A stretch of 64,000 bases of DNA from Gammaproteobacteria bacterium (GTDB lineage Bacteria; Pseudomonadota; Gammaproteobacteria; Magnimaribacterales; D2472): contig PBKO01000007.1 of the NCBI GenBank assembly GCA_002721465.1, positions 56,501 through 120,500 on the forward strand. The letters run 5' to 3'. The notes below the pieces were generated by a model, which saw only the letters and a list, made by a program, of their open reading frames with translations, was not told the DNA's origin and did no database searches. Each line of letters starts with the position of its first letter. Positions within the stretch are counted from its first letter, which is position 1. Shown here in pieces: positions 30,876 to 41,317 of this stretch. The translations under genes and the position numbers were made by a program.

Positions 30876-31824
30876 GCTATGTCTGCTTTTAATTATAAGC
30901 TCACTAAATTTAATGAGTAGCGAAAACTTTGGAATAGTTGTTCATGGTGGTGCAGGAGTTTTATCTGGACTTAGTAAGGAACAACAAAAGATAATTGAAG
31001 AAAAAGTTTCTGAAACAGTTATATCTGCATACAAAATGCTTGAACAAGGAGGGTCAAGCATTGATATAGTCGAATATGCTGTATCTGAATTTGAAGATTC
31101 ACCTTTATTTAATGCTGGGAGGGGGTCAGTTTACAATGCTAATGAAATTCAAGAAATGGATGCATCAATCATGCATGGAAAGAATAGATCTGCTGGAGCA
31201 GTAGCTTCTGTTAAAAAAATAAAAAATCCTATTAAGCTTGCAAGAAAAATTTCAGAATATACTGAACATGTCTTATTGATTGGAGATGGTGCAGAATCTT
31301 TTGCACAATCAATTGGTGAAACTATTGTAGACCCTAGCTACTTTTATTCTGAAAAAAATCTTCTTCGATTAAGAAAACAAAAAAAATTAACTTCTCATGA
31401 CAACATAATTCAAGATAAAATTGGAACTGTTGGCGCTGTTGCTCTTGATAAAATGGGTAATATATCAGCTGGAACTTCTACTGGTGGTATGACAAATAAA
31501 ATGCCTGGAAGGGTTGGTGATTCTCCTTTAATTGGAGCAGGCACTTGGGCCCAAAATGATGTGTGTGGAGTATCTTCAACGGGCCACGGAGAATTTTTCA
31601 TTAAGTATCAAGTTGCTAAAGAAGTCTGTACTAGAATAGAATATTTAGGACAATCACTAAATGAAGCTTCATCAAAAGTTATAGGCGAACTTTATGACAT
31701 TGGAGCAAGTGGAGGATTAATAGCAATTGATAAATCTGGAAATGTTGCAATGCCTTTTAATACCCAGGGTATGATAAGAGGAAGTTTAACTAATAAATCT
31801 AAACTAAATATAGCAATTTATTAA
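30865..31824 (+). CDS. iaaA: Isoaspartyl peptidase / L-asparaginase (Ntn hydrolase)
   Basis: Autoprocessing site KIGTVGAVALD, plus HGGAG and GAGTWA motifs. Start moved to Met 30865, which gives a signal peptide (MNTKLCLLLIISSLNLMS). Confidence 0.85.
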   Translation: MNTKLCLLLIISSLNLMSSENFGIVVHGGAGVLSGLSKEQQKIIEEKVSETVISAYKMLEQGGSSIDIVEYAVSEFEDSPLFNAGRGSVYNANEIQEMDASIMHGKNRSAGAVASVKKIKNPIKLARKISEYTEHVLLIGDGAESFAQSIGETIVDPSYFYSEKNLLRLRKQKKLTSHDNIIQDKIGTVGAVALDKMGNISAGTSTGGMTNKMPGRVGDSPLIGAGTWAQNDVCGVSSTGHGEFFIKYQVAKEVCTRIEYLGQSLNEASSKVIGELYDIGASGGLIAIDKSGNVAMPFNTQGMIRGSLTNKSKLNIAIY

Positions 31825-32288
31825 AGCTCTTTCACAGCAGCAAGAACCTCTTCAACATGCCCTTTAACCTTTACTGATCTCCATTCTTTTACAATAACTC
31901 CCTTTTCATTAATGAGAAAAGTTGACCTATCTACTCCAATATATTGCTTCCCATACATCGATTTCATTTTCATAACATCAAAAGCTTTGCACATTTTTTC
32001 ATCTGGATCTGATAATAACTCAAATGGAAAGGATTGTTTTTCTTTAAAATTATTGTGAGATTTGACACTATCTCTTGATACACCAAGAATCTCAGTATTT
32101 AGTTTTTTAAATTTTTTAAAATTATCTCTAAAGTCTTGACCCTCTATAGTACAACCAGGAGTACTATCTTTAGGATAAAAATAAACAACCACATTTTTTC
32201 CAATAAAATCTGTGTTTGATAATTTTATATCACCTGAACAATCACCTGAGAATTTAGGGCATTTTTTGCCAACAAGTTTTTTTTCCAT
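31821..32288 (-). CDS. bcp: Thiol peroxidase Bcp (peroxiredoxin)
   Basis: Peroxidatic Cys motif PKDSTPGCT. Length is typical at 155 aa. Confidence 0.9.
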   Translation of the reverse strand: MEKKLVGKKCPKFSGDCSGDIKLSNTDFIGKNVVVYFYPKDSTPGCTIEGQDFRDNFKKFKKLNTEILGVSRDSVKSHNNFKEKQSFPFELLSDPDEKMCKAFDVMKMKSMYGKQYIGVDRSTFLINEKGVIVKEWRSVKVKGHVEEVLAAVKEL

Positions 32289-32350
32289 TATTTTTCCTTA
32301 CAAATAAATTTATAATATAGTGTATAGTCATATTTTTACTTATTTATAAA

Positions 32351-33241
32351 ATGATGCAAGCCTTAAATGGAAGTTTAGTCGCTCTAATTACACCTATGTT
32401 AGAAAGTGGTGGGATTGATTTTTCTTCACTTGGCAAACTTATAGATTGGCATATCAATGAAGGAACAAATGGCATAGTTTCTGTTGGAACAACTGGTGAA
32501 TCAGCAACAGTGAATATAGAAGAGCATGTAAAAATCATTGAATATACTGTAAAACACGTAAATAAAAGAATACCTGTGATTGCTGGAACTGGAGCTAATT
32601 CAACCAGTGAAGCAAGAGACCTTACTCAGCAAGCATGTGCTCTCGGCGCAGATTTTGCCCTCATAGTTACGCCTTATTATAATAAGCCTACTCAGAAAGG
32701 ATTAATCAAACACTATATAGAGCTAGCTGAATCAGCTGATCTACCACAAATACTATACAATGTGCCATCAAGAACTGCATGTGACTTGTTACCATCAACT
32801 GCAAGTATTCTGTCTGATCACAAAAATATAGTTGGGATTAAAGAAGCTGTTAGTGAAAAGGAAAGAATAAAAGAACTTTTAGCTATTGGCAGATCTAAAG
32901 GAAATTTTAAAATTTATTCTGGTGATGATCCAACATTCTTTGATTTTCTTAAAATGGGAGGAGATGGTGTGATCTCAGTAGCTGCGAATGTAATTCCAAA
33001 ATCAATTTCAAGTATTTGTAGATTTGTTAGAGAAAATAATATCAATGAAGCAAAAAAATTGAATGAAGCAAATAATAATTTATATGAACTATTATTTATA
33101 GAATCAAACCCTATACCAGTTAAATGGATGGCATATAAAATGGGTCTTACTGAAAATTCTATAAGGCTCCCACTAACAAAGCTTGATAAACAATATCAAG
33201 AAAACATAATTACAGAAATGCTAAAATTAAAAATGATATGA
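32351..33241 (+). CDS. dapA: 4-hydroxy-tetrahydrodipicolinate synthase
   Basis: GTTGESATV, TPYYNKP, and YNVPSRT motifs. Confidence 0.95.
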   Translation: MMQALNGSLVALITPMLESGGIDFSSLGKLIDWHINEGTNGIVSVGTTGESATVNIEEHVKIIEYTVKHVNKRIPVIAGTGANSTSEARDLTQQACALGADFALIVTPYYNKPTQKGLIKHYIELAESADLPQILYNVPSRTACDLLPSTASILSDHKNIVGIKEAVSEKERIKELLAIGRSKGNFKIYSGDDPTFFDFLKMGGDGVISVAANVIPKSISSICRFVRENNINEAKKLNEANNNLYELLFIESNPIPVKWMAYKMGLTENSIRLPLTKLDKQYQENIITEMLKLKMI

Positions 33242-34221
33242 AAGTTTTTTTAGTATTCATAATTTTTTTGTCCTCTTGTTCATTTATCAATGGACCAGAG
33301 GGTTATTTCCCAGATAAAAAAAATGACTTTTTAAAAGAAAAAATTGAAGAAGACATTGCATTACCTGGATCCTTATCAGAACCAAGCACTGAAAACCATT
33401 ACCCAGTTATAGACCTTGAACAAATTGAAGAAAATTTGGATGTGCCTAAACCAAGGCAAATTTTTGCTTCATCTGGAAATAGCTCTGTTCAACTCAGAAG
33501 ACTTGGAGAATTAATGTGGATTTATATAGAAACATTGCCATCTACTTCCTGGCCAATCTCAAAAAACTATTGGGAAACATCTGTTTATGATGTAATAGAG
33601 GCTGATCCAAATTTAGGCGAGATTATTATTGATTTTGATCAAAATAATAACTTACTCATGAAGGTTGAGCATGGAATAAAAGAAGCATCCACAGAATTAT
33701 TTTTATATCAAGTAAACAAACAAGACCAAACAATTGAGAGTAACCCAGAATTTATTCAAGATGAGATGGAAAAAATTGTTGAGTATTTTGCAGATTCTAT
33801 AAGTAATTTTTCAGGAACTTCATTGGCAGCACAAAATCTAAATGAAATGAAGAAAGCTAGTATTTTTTCAGAAGGTGGACGAACAGTCATTGCTTTAGAC
33901 CTTTCATACGAGAGAGCTTGGTCATCAGTAAACAAGGCATTAAATGAAGCAAACATTGTTACTAATGATAGAGACAGAAGCAAAGGTATTTTTTATGTTA
34001 GTTACGCTAAAGAAGAAGAAAGTCGCTTTTTCGGATTATTTGGTAGGAATAACAAAGACAACTCTATATCAAATCAACAAATTGCATTTGGAGAAGAATC
34101 AGAATTTGAAATTTCAATATCTGAAGAAAATGATAAAACTTTTGTGAGAGCTGTTTCAAAAAGTGGTAATATTGAAGAGTCTGAGCAGCTTTTATCGAAA
34201 ATAAATGAATCATTAAGCTAA
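33238..34221 (+). CDS. bamC: Outer-membrane lipoprotein, probable BamC (NlpB)
   Basis: Lipobox FLSSCS. Conserved dapA-bamC-purC position. The sequence-level similarity I can see is weak. Confidence 0.55.
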   Translation: MKVFLVFIIFLSSCSFINGPEGYFPDKKNDFLKEKIEEDIALPGSLSEPSTENHYPVIDLEQIEENLDVPKPRQIFASSGNSSVQLRRLGELMWIYIETLPSTSWPISKNYWETSVYDVIEADPNLGEIIIDFDQNNNLLMKVEHGIKEASTELFLYQVNKQDQTIESNPEFIQDEMEKIVEYFADSISNFSGTSLAAQNLNEMKKASIFSEGGRTVIALDLSYERAWSSVNKALNEANIVTNDRDRSKGIFYVSYAKEEESRFFGLFGRNNKDNSISNQQIAFGEESEFEISISEENDKTFVRAVSKSGNIEESEQLLSKINESLS

Positions 34222-34937
34222 TGAATAAATTAAAAGAAATCACAAAAGGAAAAGCTAAATCCATGTTTACTACTGATAATAGTGAACACTTGATTATGCA
34301 TTTTAGCGATGATACTTCTGCTTTTGATGGAAAGAAAAAAGAAGCACTTTTAGGAAAAGGTGCTGTGAATAACCAGTTCAATGCTTTCATTATGGAACAT
34401 TTAGAAAATAATGGAATTGAGACCCACATGGTTGAAATTATTGATGGCACTGATTCGTTAGTTTATAAACTTGATATGTTTCCAATCGAATGCGTAATAA
34501 GAAATAGAGCAACTGGTTCAATATGCAGACGTCTAGGTACGGAAGATGGACTAGTTCTTGAAAAACCGTTATTTGAATTTTTTTTGAAAGATGATGAACT
34601 TGGAGATCCATTAATTAATGACGAACATATAATTTCTTTCGGATGGGCAAAAAATGATCATATTATTAAAATGAAAGAAATCACTTATATGGTAAATGAA
34701 ATTTTATCTAAACTATTTATAGAATCTGGACTAATCCTAGTAGACTTTAAAGTTGAATTTGGTCTATATAAGAACAAAATACTACTTGCTGATGAGTTCA
34801 CTCCAGATGGATGTAGGCTATGGGATTCTAAAACATTAAAAAAAATGGATAAGGATAGATTTAGACAAGGTCTAGGTGGAGTAGTGGAGTCTTATCATCA
34901 AGTAGCAGACAGATTGGGTATGAAAATTGAAACTTGA
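34221..34937 (+). CDS. purC: SAICAR synthetase
   Basis: GKAKSMF, IPIECVIRN and LADEFTPDGCRLWD motifs. Confidence 0.95.
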   Translation: MNKLKEITKGKAKSMFTTDNSEHLIMHFSDDTSAFDGKKKEALLGKGAVNNQFNAFIMEHLENNGIETHMVEIIDGTDSLVYKLDMFPIECVIRNRATGSICRRLGTEDGLVLEKPLFEFFLKDDELGDPLINDEHIISFGWAKNDHIIKMKEITYMVNEILSKLFIESGLILVDFKVEFGLYKNKILLADEFTPDGCRLWDSKTLKKMDKDRFRQGLGGVVESYHQVADRLGMKIET

Positions 34938-34961
34938 CTAAAATAGTCAGGTATTTATAAT
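34930..34961 (+). promoter_or_regulatory. isc promoter (TTGACT-N16-TATAAT) with overlapping IscR type-1 operator
   Basis: AAACTTGACTAAAATAGTCAGGTAT (34930-34954) matches ATASYYGACTRWWWYAGTCRRSTAT at 24 of 25 positions. The -35 is at 34934-34939 and the -10 at 34956-34961. Confidence 0.6.
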
Positions 34962-34967
34962 CTATCC

Positions 34968-35402
34968 GTGAAATTAACTACAAAAAGCAGATATGCAGTT
35001 AGTGCACTTGCTGAATTAAACTTTTTGCAGTCTTCTGGACCCGTTTCTTTAAGTGATATTTCTTTGAGTCAAAATATAGATATCTCTTATTTAGAACAGA
35101 TCTTCAGAAAACTAAGAATAGCTGGAATCGTTAAGAGCATTAGAGGAAGAAATGGTGGATACTTGTATGCCAAGGATCCGTCCAGTGTTTCAATAAAAGA
35201 AATAATGCATGCAGTTGATGAGATACTTGACGCTACTAAATGCAACGGGACGTCTTCATGCCATAACGGTAAGAAGTGTAACTCTCATGATTTATGGGAT
35301 CAACTTAACAACATAGTAGAAGATTACCTTGAAAAAATAACGATCAACAGTCTTGTAGAATCAAATAAATGCCCATATATTAAGGTTAAAGAGATAAATT
35401 AG
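34968..35402 (+). CDS. iscR: Fe-S cluster regulator IscR
   Basis: GTG start. [14 protein letters not shown] aligns with E. coli MRLTSKGRYAVTAM. A three-Cys cluster is present ([13 protein letters not shown]). Confidence 0.85.
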   Translation: MKLTTKSRYAVSALAELNFLQSSGPVSLSDISLSQNIDISYLEQIFRKLRIAGIVKSIRGRNGGYLYAKDPSSVSIKEIMHAVDEILDATKCNGTSSCHNGKKCNSHDLWDQLNNIVEDYLEKITINSLVESNKCPYIKVKEIN

Positions 35403-36623
35403 ATGAGCACACAATCAACAATTTACCTAGATTACGCATCAACTACTCCTGTTGACCCAAGAGTTGCGTCAAAAATGATGGAATTTTTGACTCCTGATGG
35501 TGAGTTTGGTAATCCTGCTTCAAGATCACATAGATTTGGATGGAAGGCTGATGAAGCTGTTGAAGAAGCAAGGTCTCATGTTTCAGGTCTTGTAAACTGT
35601 GATCCAAGGGAAATTGTTTGGACATCTGGTGCTACCGAAGCTGATAATCTTGCAATCAAAGGTGTTGCAAGATTTTATAAGTCAAAAGGCAATCATATTA
35701 TTACATCTAAGATTGAGCATAAAGCTGTCTTAGATCCTTGTAGACAATTGGAAAGAGAAGGATTTGAAGTTACTTATCTTGATCCAAACGAAAAAGGTGT
35801 GATAACTCCTGAAGTTATAAAATCTGCAATTCAAGAAAACACAATACTTGTATCTATTATGCATATTAATAATGAGCTTGGCACGGTGAATGATATTGGA
35901 AAAATTGGAGACATTACCAGAGATAATGGAATTCTTTTTCATGTAGACGCTGCTCAAAGTACAGGAAAAATAAACATCGACTTAAAAAATTTAAATGTTG
36001 ATTTAATGTCTTTTTCTGCTCACAAAACATATGGTCCAAAAGGTATAGGAGCTTTATATGTTAGAAGAAAACCTAGAGTTAGGTTAGAGGCACTTATTCA
36101 TGGTGGCGGTCACGAAAGAGGAATGAGATCAGGCACTCTTGCAACTCATCAAATTGTAGGCATGGGCGAAGCATTTAGGATTGCTAACGTTGAAATGGAA
36201 AGTGATTGTGAAAAGGTTTCTGAATATCATGAGCAATTCCTAAACAGAGTTAAAGAAATTGACCATGTATATATAAATGGCGATCTTAAAAACAAAGTTC
36301 CTAATATTTTAAATGTAAGTTTCAACTTTGTTGAAGGAGAGTCATTAATCATGGGTCTAAAAGATATTGCAGTTTCTTCTGGCTCGGCTTGTACATCAGC
36401 TAGCCTTGAGCCTTCCTATGTTTTAAGAGCGTTAGGAAGAAAAGATGAACTTGCTCATAGCTCCATAAGGTTTTCATTTGGAAGATTTACAAATGATGAT
36501 GATGTTAATAATACTCTAGAAATTCTAGGTAATGTAGTTCATAGATTAAGAGAATTATCTCCATTATGGGAGATGCATTTAGATGGAATTGACCTTGATA
36601 CAGTAGAGTGGAAACTTCATTAG
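35403..36623 (+). CDS. iscS: Cysteine desulfurase IscS
   Basis: PLP-Lys [10 protein letters not shown] and active-site loop SSGSACTS. Confidence 0.97.
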   Translation: MSTQSTIYLDYASTTPVDPRVASKMMEFLTPDGEFGNPASRSHRFGWKADEAVEEARSHVSGLVNCDPREIVWTSGATEADNLAIKGVARFYKSKGNHIITSKIEHKAVLDPCRQLEREGFEVTYLDPNEKGVITPEVIKSAIQENTILVSIMHINNELGTVNDIGKIGDITRDNGILFHVDAAQSTGKINIDLKNLNVDLMSFSAHKTYGPKGIGALYVRRKPRVRLEALIHGGGHERGMRSGTLATHQIVGMGEAFRIANVEMESDCEKVSEYHEQFLNRVKEIDHVYINGDLKNKVPNILNVSFNFVEGESLIMGLKDIAVSSGSACTSASLEPSYVLRALGRKDELAHSSIRFSFGRFTNDDDVNNTLEILGNVVHRLRELSPLWEMHLDGIDLDTVEWKLH

Positions 36624-36632
36624 GAGAACAAT

Positions 36633-37037
36633 ATGGCATATAGCAAAAAAGTTGTAGAAAAATTTGAAAATACTATTAATAATCCTGAAGCTTTTAAGGT
36701 TGGCAGATTCGATCCAAAGGAATTAAATGTTGGTACTGGAATGGTCGGTGCACCAGCGTGCGGTGATGTAATGAAACTGCAAATTAAATGCGAGCCGAAA
36801 GGAAATACACACGTTATAAAGGATGTGAAATTTAAAACATATGGTTGTGGTTCAGCAATAGCATCTTCAAGTGAGTTAGTTGAAATGCTCATTGGCAAGA
36901 CTCTTGAAGAAGCAAAAGCAATTAAAAATATTCAAATTGTTGAGGCTTTAGAATTACCTCCTATTAAAATTCATTGTTCTGTCCTTGCAGAAGACTCAAT
37001 AAAACAAGCAATAGAAGATTACGAGTCGAAACAGTAG
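36633..37037 (+). CDS. iscU: Fe-S scaffold IscU
   Basis: GAPACGDVMKL, TYGCGSAIASS, LPPIKIHCS. Confidence 0.95.
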   Translation: MAYSKKVVEKFENTINNPEAFKVGRFDPKELNVGTGMVGAPACGDVMKLQIKCEPKGNTHVIKDVKFKTYGCGSAIASSSELVEMLIGKTLEEAKAIKNIQIVEALELPPIKIHCSVLAEDSIKQAIEDYESKQ

Positions 37038-37041
37038 ATTT

Positions 37042-37386
37042 ATGGAAAGTATTAACTCTAATAAACTAAACTTTTCTAAAAGCGCCTTAAATCATTTTAA
37101 TGATGCTTTAATGCAAAGAGGTAAAGGCAATGGTATCAAACTTGGCATCAAAAAAGCAGGCTGTTCTGGCTATGAATACACTTTTGAATATGTTGATAAT
37201 ATTGATGAAACTCTTATTAATGTAAATGCAAATAGTGATCTTAATATATATGTTGATTCAGATAGTATGCCGTTCCTCAAAGGCAGTCTGATTGACTACA
37301 TCGACGATGGTCTCAATAAAGGTATAAAATTCATAAACCCAAATGCTAAGGCGGTTTGTGGATGTGGCGAAAGTTTTACTTTATAA
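37042..37386 (+). CDS. iscA: Fe-S carrier IscA
   Basis: A-type carrier with the C-terminal CGCGESF motif. Confidence 0.9.
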   Translation: MESINSNKLNFSKSALNHFNDALMQRGKGNGIKLGIKKAGCSGYEYTFEYVDNIDETLINVNANSDLNIYVDSDSMPFLKGSLIDYIDDGLNKGIKFINPNAKAVCGCGESFTL

Positions 37387-37389
37387 ATT

Positions 37390-37731
37390 ATGGCAAAAAT
37401 AAAAATCTGGCCCCATGAGGAAATCTGCCCCAATGGAGTAGAAATAGAATCACGTCCAGATGAAACCATTTGTGAAGCTGCTCTTAGAAATAACATAAAA
37501 ATTGAGCATGCTTGCGAAATGTCATGTGCATGCACAACATGTCATTGTATTATAAGAAAGGGTTTTGAGAGTTTAGATGAGGCAAGTGATACAGAAGAAG
37601 ATTTGCTTGATAAAGCATGGGGTCTCGAACAAACCTCCAGATTAAGCTGTCAAGCCATTCCTCCCGTAGATGAGGATATTGAAATCGAGCTTCCAAAATA
37701 TAACATTAATATGGTTTCGGAAGATCATTAA
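37390..37731 (+). CDS. fdx: [2Fe-2S] ferredoxin (ISC Fdx, adrenodoxin type)
   Basis: CEMSCACTTCHC...SRLSCQ cysteine pattern. Confidence 0.9.
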   Translation: MAKIKIWPHEEICPNGVEIESRPDETICEAALRNNIKIEHACEMSCACTTCHCIIRKGFESLDEASDTEEDLLDKAWGLEQTSRLSCQAIPPVDEDIEIELPKYNINMVSEDH

Positions 37732-37934
37732 TGAACAAAATCGACTGGGTAGATGTAATCGATATTTCAATTGAACTATTTGAAAAATTTCCTGATATTG
37801 ATCCACAGTGGATTAGTTTTCCAGATTTACATAGTAAAGTGTGTGCATTAGATAATTTTATTGGCGATCCAAAGAAATCAAATGAAAAAATACTTGAAGC
37901 TATTCAGATGCATTGGATAGAAGAATATCAATAA
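37731..37934 (+). CDS. iscX: IscX (YfhJ)
   Basis: A 67-aa acidic protein directly after fdx. W..D...IA..L-like N-terminus (WVDVIDISIELFEKFPDIDP). Confidence 0.75.
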   Translation: MNKIDWVDVIDISIELFEKFPDIDPQWISFPDLHSKVCALDNFIGDPKKSNEKILEAIQMHWIEEYQ

Positions 37935-37970
37935 GTCTAATATAATACTGCATATTTTTTATATTAAGCT

Positions 37971-38396
37971 ATGAGCATTGAAAAAACATTGTCAATAATT
38001 AAACCTGACGCAGTTAGCAAGAATATTATTGGAAAAATTATAACTAGGTTTGAAGATAACGGATTATACCTCGTAGCTGGTAAGCTCTTACATCTTTCCG
38101 ATGATGATGCAGGTGGTTTTTATCAAGAGCATAAAGGTAAACCTTTTTATGAAGATCTTATTAAATTTATGACATCAGGACCGGTTTTTATCCAAGTTTT
38201 AGAGGGCGAGGATGCAATTAAAAAAAACAGAGAATTAATGGGTGATACTGATCCTACAAGGGCAATAAAAGGAACAATTAGGGCTGATTTTGCAAATAGC
38301 ATAGATGCAAATGCAGTTCATGGGTCTGATTCTCAAACAAGTGCTATCAGGGAGATTGAGTACTTCTTTAAAGCTGAAGAAGTATTGAATAAGTAA
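37971..38396 (+). CDS. ndk: Nucleoside diphosphate kinase
   Basis: TLSIIKPDA and active-site NAVHGSDS. Confidence 0.95.
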   Translation: MSIEKTLSIIKPDAVSKNIIGKIITRFEDNGLYLVAGKLLHLSDDDAGGFYQEHKGKPFYEDLIKFMTSGPVFIQVLEGEDAIKKNRELMGDTDPTRAIKGTIRADFANSIDANAVHGSDSQTSAIREIEYFFKAEEVLNK

Positions 38397-38397
38397 A

Positions 38398-39477
38398 TTG
38401 TCTCAAAAAAAGAATCTTTTAGGCCTGTCTCAAGATTCGCTAGAAAAATTTTTTCAAAAAATAAATGAGCCAAAATTTAGGGCTAAGCAGCTCACAAAAT
38501 GGGTTCATCAAAAAGGAATTTTAGATTTTGATCAGATGACTGACTTTAATATAAGCCTTAGAGAAAAATTAAAAGAAATTTCATCACTTCAAATTCCAAA
38601 AGTATACAAATCTTTTGAATCTAATGATGGCACTATTAAGTATCTAATCCAACTTGAATCAGGATCAATGATTGAAATGGTAGAAATTCCAGATAAAAAG
38701 AGAAGAACACTTTGTATTTCATCACAAGCAGGTTGCGCATTACAGTGTACTTTTTGTGCAACTGGTGCTCAGGGGTTTGATCAAAATTTATCTAGTGATG
38801 AAATTATTGGTCAATTATGGATATCCAATTTCTACAAAAATAATAAAAAAACTATTACTAATGTTGTTTTCATGGGTATGGGTGAACCACTTTTAAATTT
38901 TGAACCTGTTATTGAAGCTGCAAAAATAATGAAAGATCAATTTGCATATGGCTTATCTAGAAAAAGAATTACTATAAGCACTTCTGGTATTGTTCCAAAT
39001 ATTGATCAACTTTCAAAAAATATTGATGTGTCTCTTGCAATATCTCTTCATGCTGCTGATGATAAGTTAAGAGATGAGATTGTTCCAATTAATAAAAAAT
39101 ATCCTATCAAATTACTTATTGAATCATGTAGAAATTACTTGGTGAGCTACGAAAATAAGAGAAGTATAACTATTGAATATATTCTAATTAAAGATATCAA
39201 CGACTCATTAAAAGATGCTGCAAAGGTTTCAAAACTGTTGTCAAATATTTCTTGTAAGATTAATTTGATACCATTTAATAGTTTTAAAGGGTCTTCATAT
39301 GAAAAACCCTCTAATAACAAAATTCATGTTTTTAAAGAGTTCTTAATGAATAAAGGGTTTATTACGACCCTAAGAACAACAAGAGGAGATGAGTTATCTG
39401 CAGCCTGTGGTCAACTTGTTGGCAATTTAGCAAGACCAATAAAAGGCAAGAAATTAATATCACATAAATCATTATGA
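38398..39477 (+). CDS. rlmN: 23S rRNA/tRNA m2A methyltransferase RlmN (radical SAM)
   Basis: CALQCTFCATG radical-SAM motif, plus GMGEPLLN. TTG start. Confidence 0.9.
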   Translation: MSQKKNLLGLSQDSLEKFFQKINEPKFRAKQLTKWVHQKGILDFDQMTDFNISLREKLKEISSLQIPKVYKSFESNDGTIKYLIQLESGSMIEMVEIPDKKRRTLCISSQAGCALQCTFCATGAQGFDQNLSSDEIIGQLWISNFYKNNKKTITNVVFMGMGEPLLNFEPVIEAAKIMKDQFAYGLSRKRITISTSGIVPNIDQLSKNIDVSLAISLHAADDKLRDEIVPINKKYPIKLLIESCRNYLVSYENKRSITIEYILIKDINDSLKDAAKVSKLLSNISCKINLIPFNSFKGSSYEKPSNNKIHVFKEFLMNKGFITTLRTTRGDELSAACGQLVGNLARPIKGKKLISHKSL

Positions 39478-40220
39478 GTAGTAACATTCTTAAATCAGCA
39501 GCTTCTGCAAAGACTGGTAAAATTTTTTTAAACAAGAGAAATGAAATTGGGCTCTCGCACGAGGAAATCACTGAAACACTTGGAATCAATAAGGATTATA
39601 TTGTTGCAATTGAGTCTGGTAATTATCATATTTTTCCTAGCGAATTTTTTGCAAGAGCTTATTTCAAAAAATATAAAGAATTTCTAGATATTGATGCTTC
39701 ATTTCCTGTCCTTTATAAGGATTCTGCTAAGCAAAAAATATTTAAGAGAAGAAGTTATAGTTATATAAAAACTATTAATAGAGGAACGTTATCTCTCATA
39801 ACATTAGTAAGCATATTTTCACTTTCATTCTTATTAATAATTAACTTTTTTTTATTTCCAAATAATTCAAATCAAATAAATATTGCTGAATTTGAAGTAA
39901 GCAGTGAAAACTTTAATAGTATCGAAATACAAGTAAAAAAAAATAGCGAATTAAAAAAGTCTAAAATTTTGTTATCTAACAAATTAATATTGAATTTTAG
40001 TGACGAATGTTGGATTGAAATATATGAGAATGATGAAATTCTAGAAACAAAATTATTTTTCTCTGGTGACATATATGAAAGAATTATTGAACAACCATTT
40101 AAAATAGTAGTTGGAGACTATGAAGCTTTAGAAGGTTCTTATAGTAAGAAGGAGATTGATTTTCTTGTTAATGCTAATAGACTAACAAAGGTTAATACTA
40201 TTTATTTTAATGATGAGTAA
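39474..40220 (+). CDS. rodZ: RodZ-like cytoskeleton protein (HTH + TM + DUF4115)
   Basis: N-terminal XRE-type HTH, a single TM helix and a C-terminal beta-rich domain. Position is rlmN-rodZ-ispG. Confidence 0.65.
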   Translation: MSSNILKSAASAKTGKIFLNKRNEIGLSHEEITETLGINKDYIVAIESGNYHIFPSEFFARAYFKKYKEFLDIDASFPVLYKDSAKQKIFKRRSYSYIKTINRGTLSLITLVSIFSLSFLLIINFFLFPNNSNQINIAEFEVSSENFNSIEIQVKKNSELKKSKILLSNKLILNFSDECWIEIYENDEILETKLFFSGDIYERIIEQPFKIVVGDYEALEGSYSKKEIDFLVNANRLTKVNTIYFNDE

Positions 40221-41316
40221 TTGGATTAAGAGAAAGAAAACTAAAACACTTAATGTGGGTGGTGTAATGGTTGGAGGAAGCAATCCAATTTCTGTTCAGT
40301 CAATGACAAATACAAATACTTGTGATGTTGTTTCTACAGTAAAACAAATAAATGATCTTGTATCTGCTGGTGCCGATATTGTTAGAGTTTCGGTACCTGG
40401 ATTTGATGAAGCAAAAGCATTTAAAGAAATCAAAAAAGCAACCTCTGTTCCATTGGTAGCAGATATTCATTTTGATTATAAAATTGCCTTAGAGGTTGCA
40501 GATACTGCAGATTGTCTTCGAATTAATCCAGGAAACATTGGTAAGGAAGATAGAGTACGACAGGTAATTAATGCAGCAAAAGATAATAATGTTCCTATTA
40601 GAGTTGGAGTAAATGCTGGCTCTCTTGAAAAGGATTTGCAAAAAAAATATGGTGAACCTAATGCAGATGCATTGGTAGAGTCTGCAATGAGACATGTTGA
40701 AATCTTAGATAAGCATAATTTTGACAATTATAAAATGAGTTTGAAAGCCTCAAATATAGAGATGACAGTTGAATCATATAGAAAAATATCAAAGTTAATA
40801 ACTCAACCTCTTCATTTAGGAATTACAGAAGCTGGCAGCTATAGGGCAGGTGCTGTGAAATCCTCAATTGGTGTAGGAATGCTTTTGTCAGAAGGAATTG
40901 GCGATACAATTCGAATTTCACTTGCATCTGATCCTGTTGATGAAATTAAGATAGGATGGGACATACTTAAGAGTTTAAATCTAAGAAGTCGAGGATTAAA
41001 AATAATTGCATGTCCTAGCTGCTCAAGACAAAATTTTGATGTTATTAAAGTTGTAAATGAGCTTGAAGAAAGATTAGAGGACATAGTTGATGATATAGAG
41101 GTTGCCATTATAGGATGTTATGTAAATGGTCCTGGTGAAAGTAAAGCAGCAAATATTGGACTTACAGGAGCAAGCCCAATGAATCTTATGTATATTAATG
41201 GATCACCAAATAAAAAGATAAAAAATGAAAATATAGTTGATGAGCTGGAAAATCAAGTTCGAACAAAAATTTTAAATATGAAAAATAATTCTGAGAAAAT
41301 TATTTTGAGGAGCTAA
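40210..41316 (+). CDS. ispG: HMBPP synthase IspG (GcpE)
   Basis: [21 protein letters not shown], and GCYVNGPGE motifs. Confidence 0.95.
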   Translation: MMSNWIKRKKTKTLNVGGVMVGGSNPISVQSMTNTNTCDVVSTVKQINDLVSAGADIVRVSVPGFDEAKAFKEIKKATSVPLVADIHFDYKIALEVADTADCLRINPGNIGKEDRVRQVINAAKDNNVPIRVGVNAGSLEKDLQKKYGEPNADALVESAMRHVEILDKHNFDNYKMSLKASNIEMTVESYRKISKLITQPLHLGITEAGSYRAGAVKSSIGVGMLLSEGIGDTIRISLASDPVDEIKIGWDILKSLNLRSRGLKIIACPSCSRQNFDVIKVVNELEERLEDIVDDIEVAIIGCYVNGPGESKAANIGLTGASPMNLMYINGSPNKKIKNENIVDELENQVRTKILNMKNNSEKIILRS

Positions 41317-41317
41317 A

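Noticed and set aside
34064-34450. A 128-aa minus-strand ORF across bamC/purC.
   Set aside because: It is antisense to purC, which is certain. It has no start context or family resemblance.
38394-38400. An identical TAAATTG junction (stop TAA, then A, then TTG start) occurs at ndk/rlmN and again at ispG/hisS (41314-41320).
   Set aside because: Two occurrences of a 7-mer in AT-rich DNA are not significant. This is probably ordinary translational coupling with TTG starts.
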